DNA of 64,000 nucleotides from Eubacteriales bacterium (GTDB taxonomy: Bacteria > Bacillota > Clostridia > Oscillospirales > CAG-272). Numbering within the stretch: the first letter of the stretch is position 1; every line of letters begins with the position of its first letter. The position numbers were made by a program, and so were the translations under genes. Location: contig JAZTXV010000017.1 of the NCBI GenBank assembly GCA_045636605.1, positions 62,614-126,613 of the forward strand, read 5' to 3'. The notes under the pieces were generated by a model. The model made no database searches. It saw only the letters and a list, made by a program, of their open reading frames with translations, and was not told where the DNA came from. This document shows, one piece after another, positions 17,243-24,684 of this stretch.

Positions 17243-18337
17243 TTACTTTTTACTCTCGAAGTCCCTATCGGCAAAATCGCAAAAGCGACGAATAAGCTCC
17301 GTTTCCTTAGGATCGTATGGGCGCAGGCTCGGTCTGTACAGGTCGTGAAACCATTTTGTAAAGTCAATAGGTGCGCTCTTGTCCTCGTTATACCAGCTCC
17401 AATGCGCCTCGTAAGGCTCGTAGGTTTGATATTTTCCTGCGACAAAGCCCCAATTATAGCAACCGATATTTTCCACATAGAAAAGCGGAAAGTTCTCAAA
17501 AACCGTGTTGCCCGTGCACCTTGCAAGCCACTCTGTGTTGATAATAGGACGGCCGAGGCTCTTTAGGTGCTTGATAAGTCGTGCGTGCTCCTCAAATGAG
17601 CTGTAACAATGATAGGATATAATATCCGAGTGCTCAAGCGCGTATTCGTTTAGCTCGCTCGTGTGAAAATCGTCCTTATCAAACCACCATGCGCCAACTG
17701 TCAAGGGCTGCGAGGGATTGATTTCTCTGACTACCTCAAACATTCTTTTCAGGTGAGGCATAGTGATGCTCTCACGCCTGCTATTGCCGGGCTCGTTAAA
17801 CAAATCCCACATAAGAATACGGGAGTCGTCCTTATAGAGTGTGACAATCTCCTTTACCATTTCGAAATACATATCGGCGCTTTTTTCGTCATCAAGATAA
17901 AAATGGGGCGCAGGACCGTTATGTGTGCCGTGTTGAGAGTGCTTGCGCCCGCCGTGATAGCCTAAGTCGTAGCTCTGCTCGCCGATATCGGGCATTTTCC
18001 AAAGCTCCGTTTTAGGTGGCATACAGTCGTTTGCGAGGACTATCATACACGAAATCTCATAGCTATCAAAAAGAGAAATATATCTTTCAAATCGCTCAAG
18101 AAAGCTATCGTGCTCCTTTTCCCACACAACATACTCTAAAATCAAGCGCACACTATTAAATCCAAGCTCACGCATCACCTCAAGCTCCGCCTTGGTGCTC
18201 TCGTATCGCTCCTCGAAGTGTAGCGATTGCCATTGGTCAACACGGTTGACGCAATCTGCGCTCATATAGTTACAGCCTCTTATCCATTTTCGCGCATTGT
18301 ACCATTCCCACGCACGCTCCTTGCTCCATCTTTCCAT
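17243..18337 (-). CDS. Clan GH-A glycoside hydrolase, GH5-like
   Basis: LFNEPGN (acid/base NEP) and INTEW (nucleophile Glu) motifs. AGGAGGG RBS. Confidence 0.7.
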   Translation of the reverse strand: MERWSKERAWEWYNARKWIRGCNYMSADCVNRVDQWQSLHFEERYESTKAELEVMRELGFNSVRLILEYVVWEKEHDSFLERFERYISLFDSYEISCMIVLANDCMPPKTELWKMPDIGEQSYDLGYHGGRKHSQHGTHNGPAPHFYLDDEKSADMYFEMVKEIVTLYKDDSRILMWDLFNEPGNSRRESITMPHLKRMFEVVREINPSQPLTVGAWWFDKDDFHTSELNEYALEHSDIISYHCYSSFEEHARLIKHLKSLGRPIINTEWLARCTGNTVFENFPLFYVENIGCYNWGFVAGKYQTYEPYEAHWSWYNEDKSAPIDFTKWFHDLYRPSLRPYDPKETELIRRFCDFADRDFESKK

Positions 18338-18456
18338 TTTTCGCCCTCCTGCGCTTTTCTAATTTAATTATACATTGAACGCACAGATTTTTCAATACCT
18401 TTATAAAAACCTCGCTCAAAGGCCCGCTTTTTGACAAAGCTTTAAATTTATGACAA

Positions 18457-18485
18457 CAAAAAAACTCGGTTGAAAATCAACCGAG
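18457..18485 (-). terminator. Terminator after tRNA-Ser
   Basis: ctcggttga aaa tcaaccgag stem with a T-run on the minus strand. Confidence 0.7.
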
Positions 18486-18489
18486 TTTT

Positions 18490-18582
18490 TGGCGAAGGTG
18501 AGTGGATTCGAACCACCGCGCCATACAAGATGACCTACAGCCTTAGCAGGGCCGCCTCTTCGACCGACTTGAGTACACCTTC
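18490..18582 (-). tRNA. tRNA-Ser (anticodon GCU), class II with a long variable arm, CCA encoded
   Basis: The reverse complement folds by hand. Acceptor GAAGGTG/CACCTTC, 3-bp D stem, anticodon stem CGGCC/GGCTG with loop CTGCTAA, and T arm GGTGG TTCGAAT CCACT. 93 nt. Confidence 0.9.
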
Positions 18583-18649
18583 AAGCGAATGCTGATGCGC
18601 TACTTACTTGGCGCACAGCGCAAACCGTCGTTTGGTAGTTTGCTTTTCA

Positions 18650-18678
18650 ATTATACACAATTTTTATGCCCTTGTCAA
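18650..18678 (-). promoter_or_regulatory. Promoter of tRNA-Ser
   Basis: Minus strand: TTGACA, 17-nt spacer, TGtATAAT. Confidence 0.6.
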
Positions 18679-18740
18679 TACCTTTTTTCTTTTTTATTTT
18701 TTATTTGTTTTATTTTTAACAAGATTTTTTGAAAATACTC

Positions 18741-18769
18741 TTGACTTTTGAAAAATATTGTGATATTAT
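18741..18769 (+). promoter_or_regulatory. Promoter of tRNA-Arg
   Basis: TTGACT, 17-nt spacer, TATTAT. Confidence 0.6.
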
Positions 18770-18789
18770 ATCTTTCGCAACAAGCAAAT

Positions 18790-18865
18790 GCGCCCCTAGC
18801 TCAGCGGATAGAGTGCCCGGCTACGAACCGGTAGGTCGAGAGTTCGAATCTCCCGGGGCGCGCCA
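18790..18865 (+). tRNA. tRNA-Arg (anticodon ACG), CCA encoded
   Basis: Acceptor GCGCCCC/GGGGCGC, D arm GCTC AGCGGATA GAGT, anticodon loop CTACGAA, and T loop TTCGAAT. 76 nt. Confidence 0.92.
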
Positions 18866-18873
18866 TAAAGATA

Positions 18874-18907
18874 AAAGGACAGGTTTTTACCTGTCCTTTA
18901 TCTTTTT
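18874..18907 (+). terminator. Terminator after tRNA-Arg
   Basis: aaaggacagg ttttta cctgtccttt stem followed by atcttttta. Confidence 0.7.
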
Positions 18908-18910
18908 ATG

Positions 18911-19075
18911 TCGCACCCTGTCGCTTCGAACCTCCTTCAAAAACGCAACACGTTTTTGAATAGAGTTCGGATGCGAGCAAAAGGCGTTGAGAATTTATTC
19001 TCATAAGCCGTGCGAAGCACATTACCGTCAGGTAATGCATCTCCTATAAAGCACGCAGTGCTTTCGGGGCGCGCA
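18911..19075 (+). repeat. tRNA-Arg-linked structured repeat, unit A (candidate structured ncRNA or att-type relic)
   Basis: Shares conserved blocks with unit B and has four hairpins. Ends in atctcc...cggggcgcgca, resembling the tRNA-Arg 3' end. Confidence 0.6.
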
Positions 19076-19103
19076 GGACTTGCTCCTGTCTTTTTTGTTT
19101 ATC

Positions 19104-19265
19104 TCGCCCTTGGTTCGATTCGACTCTCCTTCAAGGCTTTGCCTTGAATAGAGTTCGCAAGTCCGCCGAAAGCCGTTGTCTGCTTGCAAGCATAAGGCTC
19201 GGCGTGACTCGTTGCCACAGGCAACGCATCTCCTATACAGTGCATCGCACTGTCGGGGCGCGCCA
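19104..19265 (+). repeat. tRNA-Arg-linked structured repeat, unit B
   Basis: Same architecture as unit A with compensatory hairpin changes. Its last 12 nt, cggggcgcgcca, are identical to the tRNA-Arg 3' end including CCA. Confidence 0.6.
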
Positions 19266-19270
19266 AGAGA

Positions 19271-19308
19271 GACTCAGTTGAACACCTAAGGTTCGCTGAG
19301 TCTTTTTT
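19271..19308 (+). terminator. Hairpin plus T-run after unit B
   Basis: gactcag...ctgagtc stem followed by T6. Confidence 0.6.
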
Positions 19309-19334
19309 ATTTTATTATACCGAATTATACACAC

Positions 19335-19366
19335 AGGACAGAGTTTTTCAACTCTGTCCTTTTTTA
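19335..19366 (+). terminator. Second plus-strand hairpin plus T-run
   Basis: aggacagagt ttttca actctgtcct stem followed by T6. Confidence 0.6.
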
Positions 19367-19384
19367 TTTTGTGCTATAATAATT

Positions 19385-20221
19385 TTATTGAGGCAATTTT
19401 CTGCTTCTGTATTTTTGCGGTGAGACTCCAAGATGCTTCTTAAAGAGTCTGCTGAAAAAGTATTGGTCACTGTACCCAACGTGCTCGCTGATTTGCTTTA
19501 TTGACATATTGGTGCTGTCAAGCATATTTTTTGCAAGCCGAAGCCTTAGCTCGATAATATATTCGTTAGGTGATTTTCCCATTTGATTTTTGAATTTTGT
19601 AAAATACCTTGAACAACTTAGTTTTTCAATTTTTGCAAGATAGGGAATATCAATTTTGTTTGTATAAAAGCTATGTATATATTTGAGTGAAGCTTTTAAT
19701 GGAGAAGTGTTGACTTTATCTAATTCGATTTTAGCAATATAAAGAATGATTTCCTGTAAAATAGACGCACACAATTGAATAGCAAGTGGTTCATTTGATA
19801 AAAATGTGTCAATTAGCTTTTTGCACTTATTGTGCATTTCAACACTAAACTCACTATCAATAATGCAGGGCAAATTATTAAATCCACATTCCGTTAAAAA
19901 TCTATCAGCATATGAGCCTGTAAAGTGTATAGATAAATAATAAGTAGGCGGATTTCCGGCAAATTGGTAATGATATTTTGGCGGAAAAATAACAAAATTT
20001 CCTTTTTTTGCAATATAGGTATTTCCGTCAATTACAATAGATAATTCTCCATTAGTAACGAATGCCAAAAAATAATCGTCTCTGCCGATGGAGCTATATG
20101 TCTCGAATGGTGTTCTAACATCATAATGTCCGGCTGTATTTATAAGCAGGGGATAATCGTTTGAGACCTTGCTGTTAAAATACAATAATTCGTCATCAAT
20201 ATATCGTATAATTTTTGCCAT
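19385..20221 (-). CDS. AraC-family transcriptional regulator (N-terminal cupin-like sensor, C-terminal HTH)
   Basis: The C-terminus ...IKQISEHVGYSDQYFFSRLFKKHLGVSPQKYR is typical of the AraC HTH. Divergent from the 20382 gene. Confidence 0.85.
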   Translation of the reverse strand: MAKIIRYIDDELLYFNSKVSNDYPLLINTAGHYDVRTPFETYSSIGRDDYFLAFVTNGELSIVIDGNTYIAKKGNFVIFPPKYHYQFAGNPPTYYLSIHFTGSYADRFLTECGFNNLPCIIDSEFSVEMHNKCKKLIDTFLSNEPLAIQLCASILQEIILYIAKIELDKVNTSPLKASLKYIHSFYTNKIDIPYLAKIEKLSCSRYFTKFKNQMGKSPNEYIIELRLRLAKNMLDSTNMSIKQISEHVGYSDQYFFSRLFKKHLGVSPQKYRSRKLPQ

Positions 20222-20381
20222 TTTTACCTCTCAATAGTATAAAAATCCATTTTTTAAAATAAGATAATCCATTGCCACGGGACTAAATATATTGTACAAT
20301 AAAATTGGAGAGATGTCAAGTGAATTGAAAACTCCATTCCTATCTATAAACTAAAAACGAATAAATTGTTTTGGAGGAAAT

Positions 20382-23300
20382 ATGAAAAGAAAAATTTTAC
20401 TGTTTTTTGTAACAGCCTTCATTTTCGTGTGCTTGCTTGCGCTTTCTGTCAGCGCTATGTCAGGCTCAGGAACAGAGGCTGACCCTTATGTGGTTGAAAA
20501 TGCAGAGGATTTCGTTTCTATTAAGAATAGCCTTTCGGCTTATTACAGGTTAGATGCAGATATCTCTGTTTCATCAAACGAAGGCGCAATCGTTGAGGGG
20601 CCATTTACAGGCGTTTTTGACGGTAACGGACATACTGTTAATGTAAATATCGTGGGCGCAACAAGTGGCACCAACACATATGATGCACTATTTGGCGTGG
20701 TTGATGGAAACGGCAAAATCAAAAATCTTACTGTAACAGGCGAAATTACCGGCTCAGATAAGGTTGCAGGCGTTGTAGGCAAGCTTGCAGGAAACGCAAA
20801 TGTAGATAACTGCGTAAACTATGCCAAGGTTTCCGGCAGAAAAAATATCGGCGGTATTGCAGGCTTGATTTATTACAGTAATTCAGGCAAAAAAGCTACA
20901 ATTACAAACTGTGTCAATTACGGCTCAATAAATGGCGCAAATCCTATAAAGACGGGACTTGACATTGGCGGTATTGTAGGTTGTATTTGGGAAACGGATA
21001 CATCTATTGTTACTCTTGCAAACTGCTATAATGCAGGTACTATTACCGCAGCGGGCGAAAACTGTGGCGGTATTGTAGGCTTTTCGCAAGCAAAATATTT
21101 TGTAAATTGCTTTAATATTGGCACGGCAAGTGCTACAAGGGGACTTGGCTCAATTATTGGCGCTACCGACGGTAATTATACTCACGATATTAAGGGCTAC
21201 TTTAACGGCACAAATTTAGAGCTTGTAGGCGCAAAATCAGGAACTATCACATCAAGCGGTAACATGATTGAATCAACAGGCGTTGCAATTTATCTTGGCT
21301 CAGGCTCAGGTATTCGTGGCGAGTTCCACTTAAACCAAGAGGTTTACGAAGCATTTTTAACTCTTGTAGGCGGTAAAAATGCTGAATATGGCGCGGTAGT
21401 ATCAACAAAAGATGTTGTTGCAGCGTTAGGTGGCAACATTCTTTCAAAGGAAGCTGAAGAAAGCGGCATGGTTATATTTGCCCCTGCTATGAAGAATGGC
21501 GAAAAGCAATATTTTTATGCTGACCCAGCAAAAGGCGAAGATTACCATTCATACAGATTTGCTTTAACAGGCTTCCCTGACACAAAGCAATCCTATAACC
21601 TTGAATTTGTAATTCTTGGCTATGTTAAGATGACTGATAAAAACGGCAATGATTTGCTACTATGCATAAACACAGTAAAATCCGATAAGCTTGCTGCAAG
21701 CGTTGACGGCACTCCATATAATTCTGTAAATATTGTTCGTGTTGCTGAGATTACAATATCAGACGGCGATTATAAGGATAATGAGGAAATGCTTGGTAAG
21801 CTTGATTACATCGTTAGCAAAAAGGAATACGGCAATAAAATTGAAATTGACGGTATTACAAGCTACGGTCATGCAAACGCTACCTTTACATCACATATTA
21901 GCAGCGGCGATACAGTAGTATTTGAAATTAACAATACATATAGCGATGAGCTTCAGGAATATCAAAATGACCTTGTAGCAAACGGCTATGCTCTTATTAT
22001 GGAAAATCAAATTAACGGAAATTACTTCTATACATACAAGAAGGATAATGCGTTAATTCACATTTCATATTATCCATTAGCAAATGAGGTTAATGTAGCA
22101 AGTGAAACATTAAATAATTTACCTGATAATTTAGCTCAGCCAAGCTACGAAAAGAAGAATAATTCCTCAATTACACAAATTCAACTTGCTGACAATGTGA
22201 CAATTAAGGAAGGCATGTCCTATGTTATTCATTTAGCTGATGGCACATTCTTCATTATCGATGGCGGCTGGTGCTACGATGACTACCTTGAAGCAGATAA
22301 GCTCTACGATATTTTAAAGGAGCTTGCAGGCAAGGATAACGAAATTGTAATCGCAGGCTGGATTTTCACACATTGCCACGGCGACCATATCGGTACGTTT
22401 AACTACTTTGTTGAAAAATACCACGATAGCGTAACGATTAAGGAGCTTCTTTATAACTTCCCATCAGATGATGACATTAGAGCAAGCGAATCAAATTATA
22501 TGCTTAATGACACTAAGCAAAGATATAACTATTTTAGAGAAATGATAGCTACGTACTTAACAGATACAGAAATCGTTAAGGTTCATAGCGGTTATAAATT
22601 CTACTATGCAAATGCAGAAATTGAAATTCTTCAAACCTTTGAGGATTTATATCCAAGCACAGTAGCGAATTATGACTTCAATTCCTCATCTACTATATTT
22701 ACAGTTAAAATTGAAGGACAAAAGATGCTATTTGTGGGCGACGTGTCCGATGTTGGCGCATCACGCCTTAATAAGACATTCGGTAATGCTTTAAAATCCG
22801 ACTTCGTTCAAATAGCTCACCACGGCTTAAATAGCTCAGGCACAATCAAGCAAATGTATATGAATGCAAATGCAACATATGTTTTATATCCTGCGCCAAA
22901 CGAATGGTACAGAAACAATATAAATAACGATGCCAATGCATATATAAACAACAACGAAAGCATTAAGCAAATTTTCGTTTCAGGCTTGCAAACGGTAAAG
23001 CTTTATCTTCCATATGACGGTATGCTTTACGATGGCGAAAGAGTTCCAAAGCCAATCGTTAAAACTGAGGTAGATAGACCTGCAAATACTGTTGAAGTAC
23101 CAGATGCATATTTTGATTTAGATATGACAAACGGTGTAATAACAGATAAAGCAGGCAATGCAACAATAAATGTTACAAACGGCGCAGTTAAGGAAACAAC
23201 AGTAACACATAACGGCGAGGAAAAGACCACAACCGCATTTACTAAGGGCGATGACGGTTATTACTATATGAATGTTAAGTTCAACGAAATTACAACCGAG

Positions 23301-23867
23301 GAGCAAATGAAGAATTTCATAATGGGCTCAACAACCTTTGAAATCTTTTTAAAGCTTGATAAGCTCCCGGGTAGCACCGTAGGACTTATTACATCCTGTA
23401 ACGGTGGTGGCGTAACACTTTACTTGCGTAAACCGGCAGGTGGTCAGCTTAACTTCCAAATCGGCTCAACGAAACCTAATGAAAACGTTGACAGTGGCAA
23501 TAGATATTCTGCGACAGTAGATATGGACGGCTCATATCCTATTGCAGAGGCAGATAAACTGCTACATATCGTTGGTAGTTATGACAGTAAAACAAATATG
23601 ATGAAGCTTTACATAAACGGTATGCTTGTTTCACAGGCAGACTTTGGTAGCGGAAGCTATAATGGTGGCGCAGGCGATGATACCGTAATCGGTATAGGCT
23701 ATAATCCACAGTATAACGAAAACAATGTTGAAGCTATAAGCAAGTACGCAGATTACGAGCTTTACGAGGCTAAAATTTATAACGTAGCCTTAACCGATGA
23801 GCAGGTAGCCCAAGAATATTGGAACTGCATTGATAATTTATTATTTACGGAGGCAGAAAATGAATAA
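20382..23867 (+). CDS. Secreted multidomain protein: GLUG-like repeats, MBL-fold metallo-hydrolase, LamG/concanavalin-like lectin domain
   Basis: Signal peptide. Repeated GG(I/V)(A/V)G...NC(V/Y)N units. THCHGDHIG (HxHxDH) and AHHG motifs. C-terminus LYINGMLV...YEAKIYNVALTDEQV, typical of LamG_3. Confidence 0.75.
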   Translation: MKRKILLFFVTAFIFVCLLALSVSAMSGSGTEADPYVVENAEDFVSIKNSLSAYYRLDADISVSSNEGAIVEGPFTGVFDGNGHTVNVNIVGATSGTNTYDALFGVVDGNGKIKNLTVTGEITGSDKVAGVVGKLAGNANVDNCVNYAKVSGRKNIGGIAGLIYYSNSGKKATITNCVNYGSINGANPIKTGLDIGGIVGCIWETDTSIVTLANCYNAGTITAAGENCGGIVGFSQAKYFVNCFNIGTASATRGLGSIIGATDGNYTHDIKGYFNGTNLELVGAKSGTITSSGNMIESTGVAIYLGSGSGIRGEFHLNQEVYEAFLTLVGGKNAEYGAVVSTKDVVAALGGNILSKEAEESGMVIFAPAMKNGEKQYFYADPAKGEDYHSYRFALTGFPDTKQSYNLEFVILGYVKMTDKNGNDLLLCINTVKSDKLAASVDGTPYNSVNIVRVAEITISDGDYKDNEEMLGKLDYIVSKKEYGNKIEIDGITSYGHANATFTSHISSGDTVVFEINNTYSDELQEYQNDLVANGYALIMENQINGNYFYTYKKDNALIHISYYPLANEVNVASETLNNLPDNLAQPSYEKKNNSSITQIQLADNVTIKEGMSYVIHLADGTFFIIDGGWCYDDYLEADKLYDILKELAGKDNEIVIAGWIFTHCHGDHIGTFNYFVEKYHDSVTIKELLYNFPSDDDIRASESNYMLNDTKQRYNYFREMIATYLTDTEIVKVHSGYKFYYANAEIEILQTFEDLYPSTVANYDFNSSSTIFTVKIEGQKMLFVGDVSDVGASRLNKTFGNALKSDFVQIAHHGLNSSGTIKQMYMNANATYVLYPAPNEWYRNNINNDANAYINNNESIKQIFVSGLQTVKLYLPYDGMLYDGERVPKPIVKTEVDRPANTVEVPDAYFDLDMTNGVITDKAGNATINVTNGAVKETTVTHNGEEKTTTAFTKGDDGYYYMNVKFNEITTEEQMKNFIMGSTTFEIFLKLDKLPGSTVGLITSCNGGGVTLYLRKPAGGQLNFQIGSTKPNENVDSGNRYSATVDMDGSYPIAEADKLLHIVGSYDSKTNMMKLYINGMLVSQADFGSGSYNGGAGDDTVIGIGYNPQYNENNVEAISKYADYELYEAKIYNVALTDEQVAQEYWNCIDNLLFTEAENE

Positions 23868-24018
23868 ATACGTATCCCCTGAAATAGAAATACTAAACGT
23901 TCATAGTGACGACGTAATTATGGCATCAAATGAAGCGGCAGTTACCTACGGCGCTCTTGAGGGCGTTGATGATGAAAATAGCAAGTCCGCAATTTTCAAT
24001 GTAAGTTTTTGGTTATAA
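23860..24018 (+). CDS. Small acidic hypothetical protein (52 aa), translationally coupled
   Basis: GGAGG RBS 6 nt upstream of the ATG at 23860. The ATG overlaps the last 8 nt of the upstream gene. Sequence MNKYVSPEIEILNVHSDDVIMASNEAAVTYGALEGVDDENSKSAIFNVSFWL. Confidence 0.4.
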   Translation: MNKYVSPEIEILNVHSDDVIMASNEAAVTYGALEGVDDENSKSAIFNVSFWL

Positions 24019-24032
24019 TACTAAAATAAACG

Positions 24033-24287
24033 ATGAAAAAACTCATATTATTTTTAACCATGATTATCGTCATAGGACTTATGTCCTGTGGCGGTAACGG
24101 TGCAGATACCGATATAATCATTGATACAAGCACCGACACAACCGTTGACACATCTACCGATACTGAAAATTCCGATTTAAACATGGACTCAGATAATAGC
24201 GATAATAACGGCGGAAACAACGATAATTCCCCTGAGGATAACGACAACGGTGCAAACGATGATTTGTGGACGGACAATAAGCAATAA
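24033..24287 (+). CDS. Small acidic lipoprotein (D/T/N-rich, low complexity)
   Basis: Lipobox MKKLILFLTMIIVIGLMSC|GG. No clear RBS. Confidence 0.5.
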   Translation: MKKLILFLTMIIVIGLMSCGGNGADTDIIIDTSTDTTVDTSTDTENSDLNMDSDNSDNNGGNNDNSPEDNDNGANDDLWTDNKQ

Positions 24288-24331
24288 AAAATATGCAGAC
24301 AAGCAAAAAGCAAGTAAGATGATATAATGAT

Positions 24332-24366
24332 GGTAGACACTAAAAAAGCAGTGTCTACCATTTTTG
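24332..24366 (+). terminator. Rho-independent terminator
   Basis: ggtagacac...gtgtctacc stem followed by atttttg. Confidence 0.7.
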
Positions 24367-24399
24367 TATATACAAAAAGCCCCTCAACCTACTGGTAAG

Positions 24400-24515
24400 G
24401 AGCACACAATATTTCCAAATATATTAAACAGACAATTTAATTCAGACAAGCCTTTACAAAAGATTGTTACCGACGTTACATACATTAAATTTCATGGTAA
24501 GTCTTACTATCTTGT
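24400..24515 (+). pseudogene. IS3-family transposase (OrfB) fragment
   Basis: FPNILNRQFNSDKPLQKIVTDVTYIKFHGKSYYL matches the conserved PNLLxRxF...P(N)xxWvTDiTYi block at the start of the IS3 integrase core. The rest of the gene is absent. Confidence 0.6.
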
Positions 24516-24582
24516 TTATTCAAATGTTTATTTGAGTTTGTTTTTCAAAAAATGCACCCAATCGGGTGTCTTTTCTGTTTAT

Positions 24583-24640
24583 CACGCCCTTGGTTCGATT
24601 CGACTCTCCTTCAAAGCACACGGTGCTTTCGGGGCGCACC
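24583..24640 (+). repeat. tRNA-Arg-linked structured repeat, mini unit C (internally deleted)
   Basis: Its 5' 32 nt are identical to unit B. They are joined directly to a terminal hairpin aaagcac acg gtgcttt and cggggcgcacc. Confidence 0.6.
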
Positions 24641-24652
24641 TTTTTCACTTGA

Positions 24653-24684
24653 TAAAAAAGACAGGCAAATGCCTGTCTTTTTTT
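24653..24684. terminator. Bidirectional terminator
   Basis: agacaggc aaat gcctgtct stem flanked by A6 and T7. Confidence 0.75.

Noticed and set aside
17051-17566. 171-aa plus-strand ORF.
   Set aside because: It starts in a terminator, crosses the repeat element and continues antisense to the GH5-like gene.
18729-18959. 76-aa ORF overlapping tRNA-Arg and its terminator.
   Set aside because: It is fully explained by the tRNA gene, its promoter and its terminator.
18911-19265. Units A and B as canonical tRNAs, tRNA pseudogenes or tmRNA.
   Set aside because: No cloverleaf can be drawn, since the gagttcg block pairs with the upstream ttcga block and does not form a T-loop. The length is about 165 nt. 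There is no resume codon or tag ORF and no GGGG 5' end as in tmRNA. Only the last 18 nt resemble tRNA-Arg.
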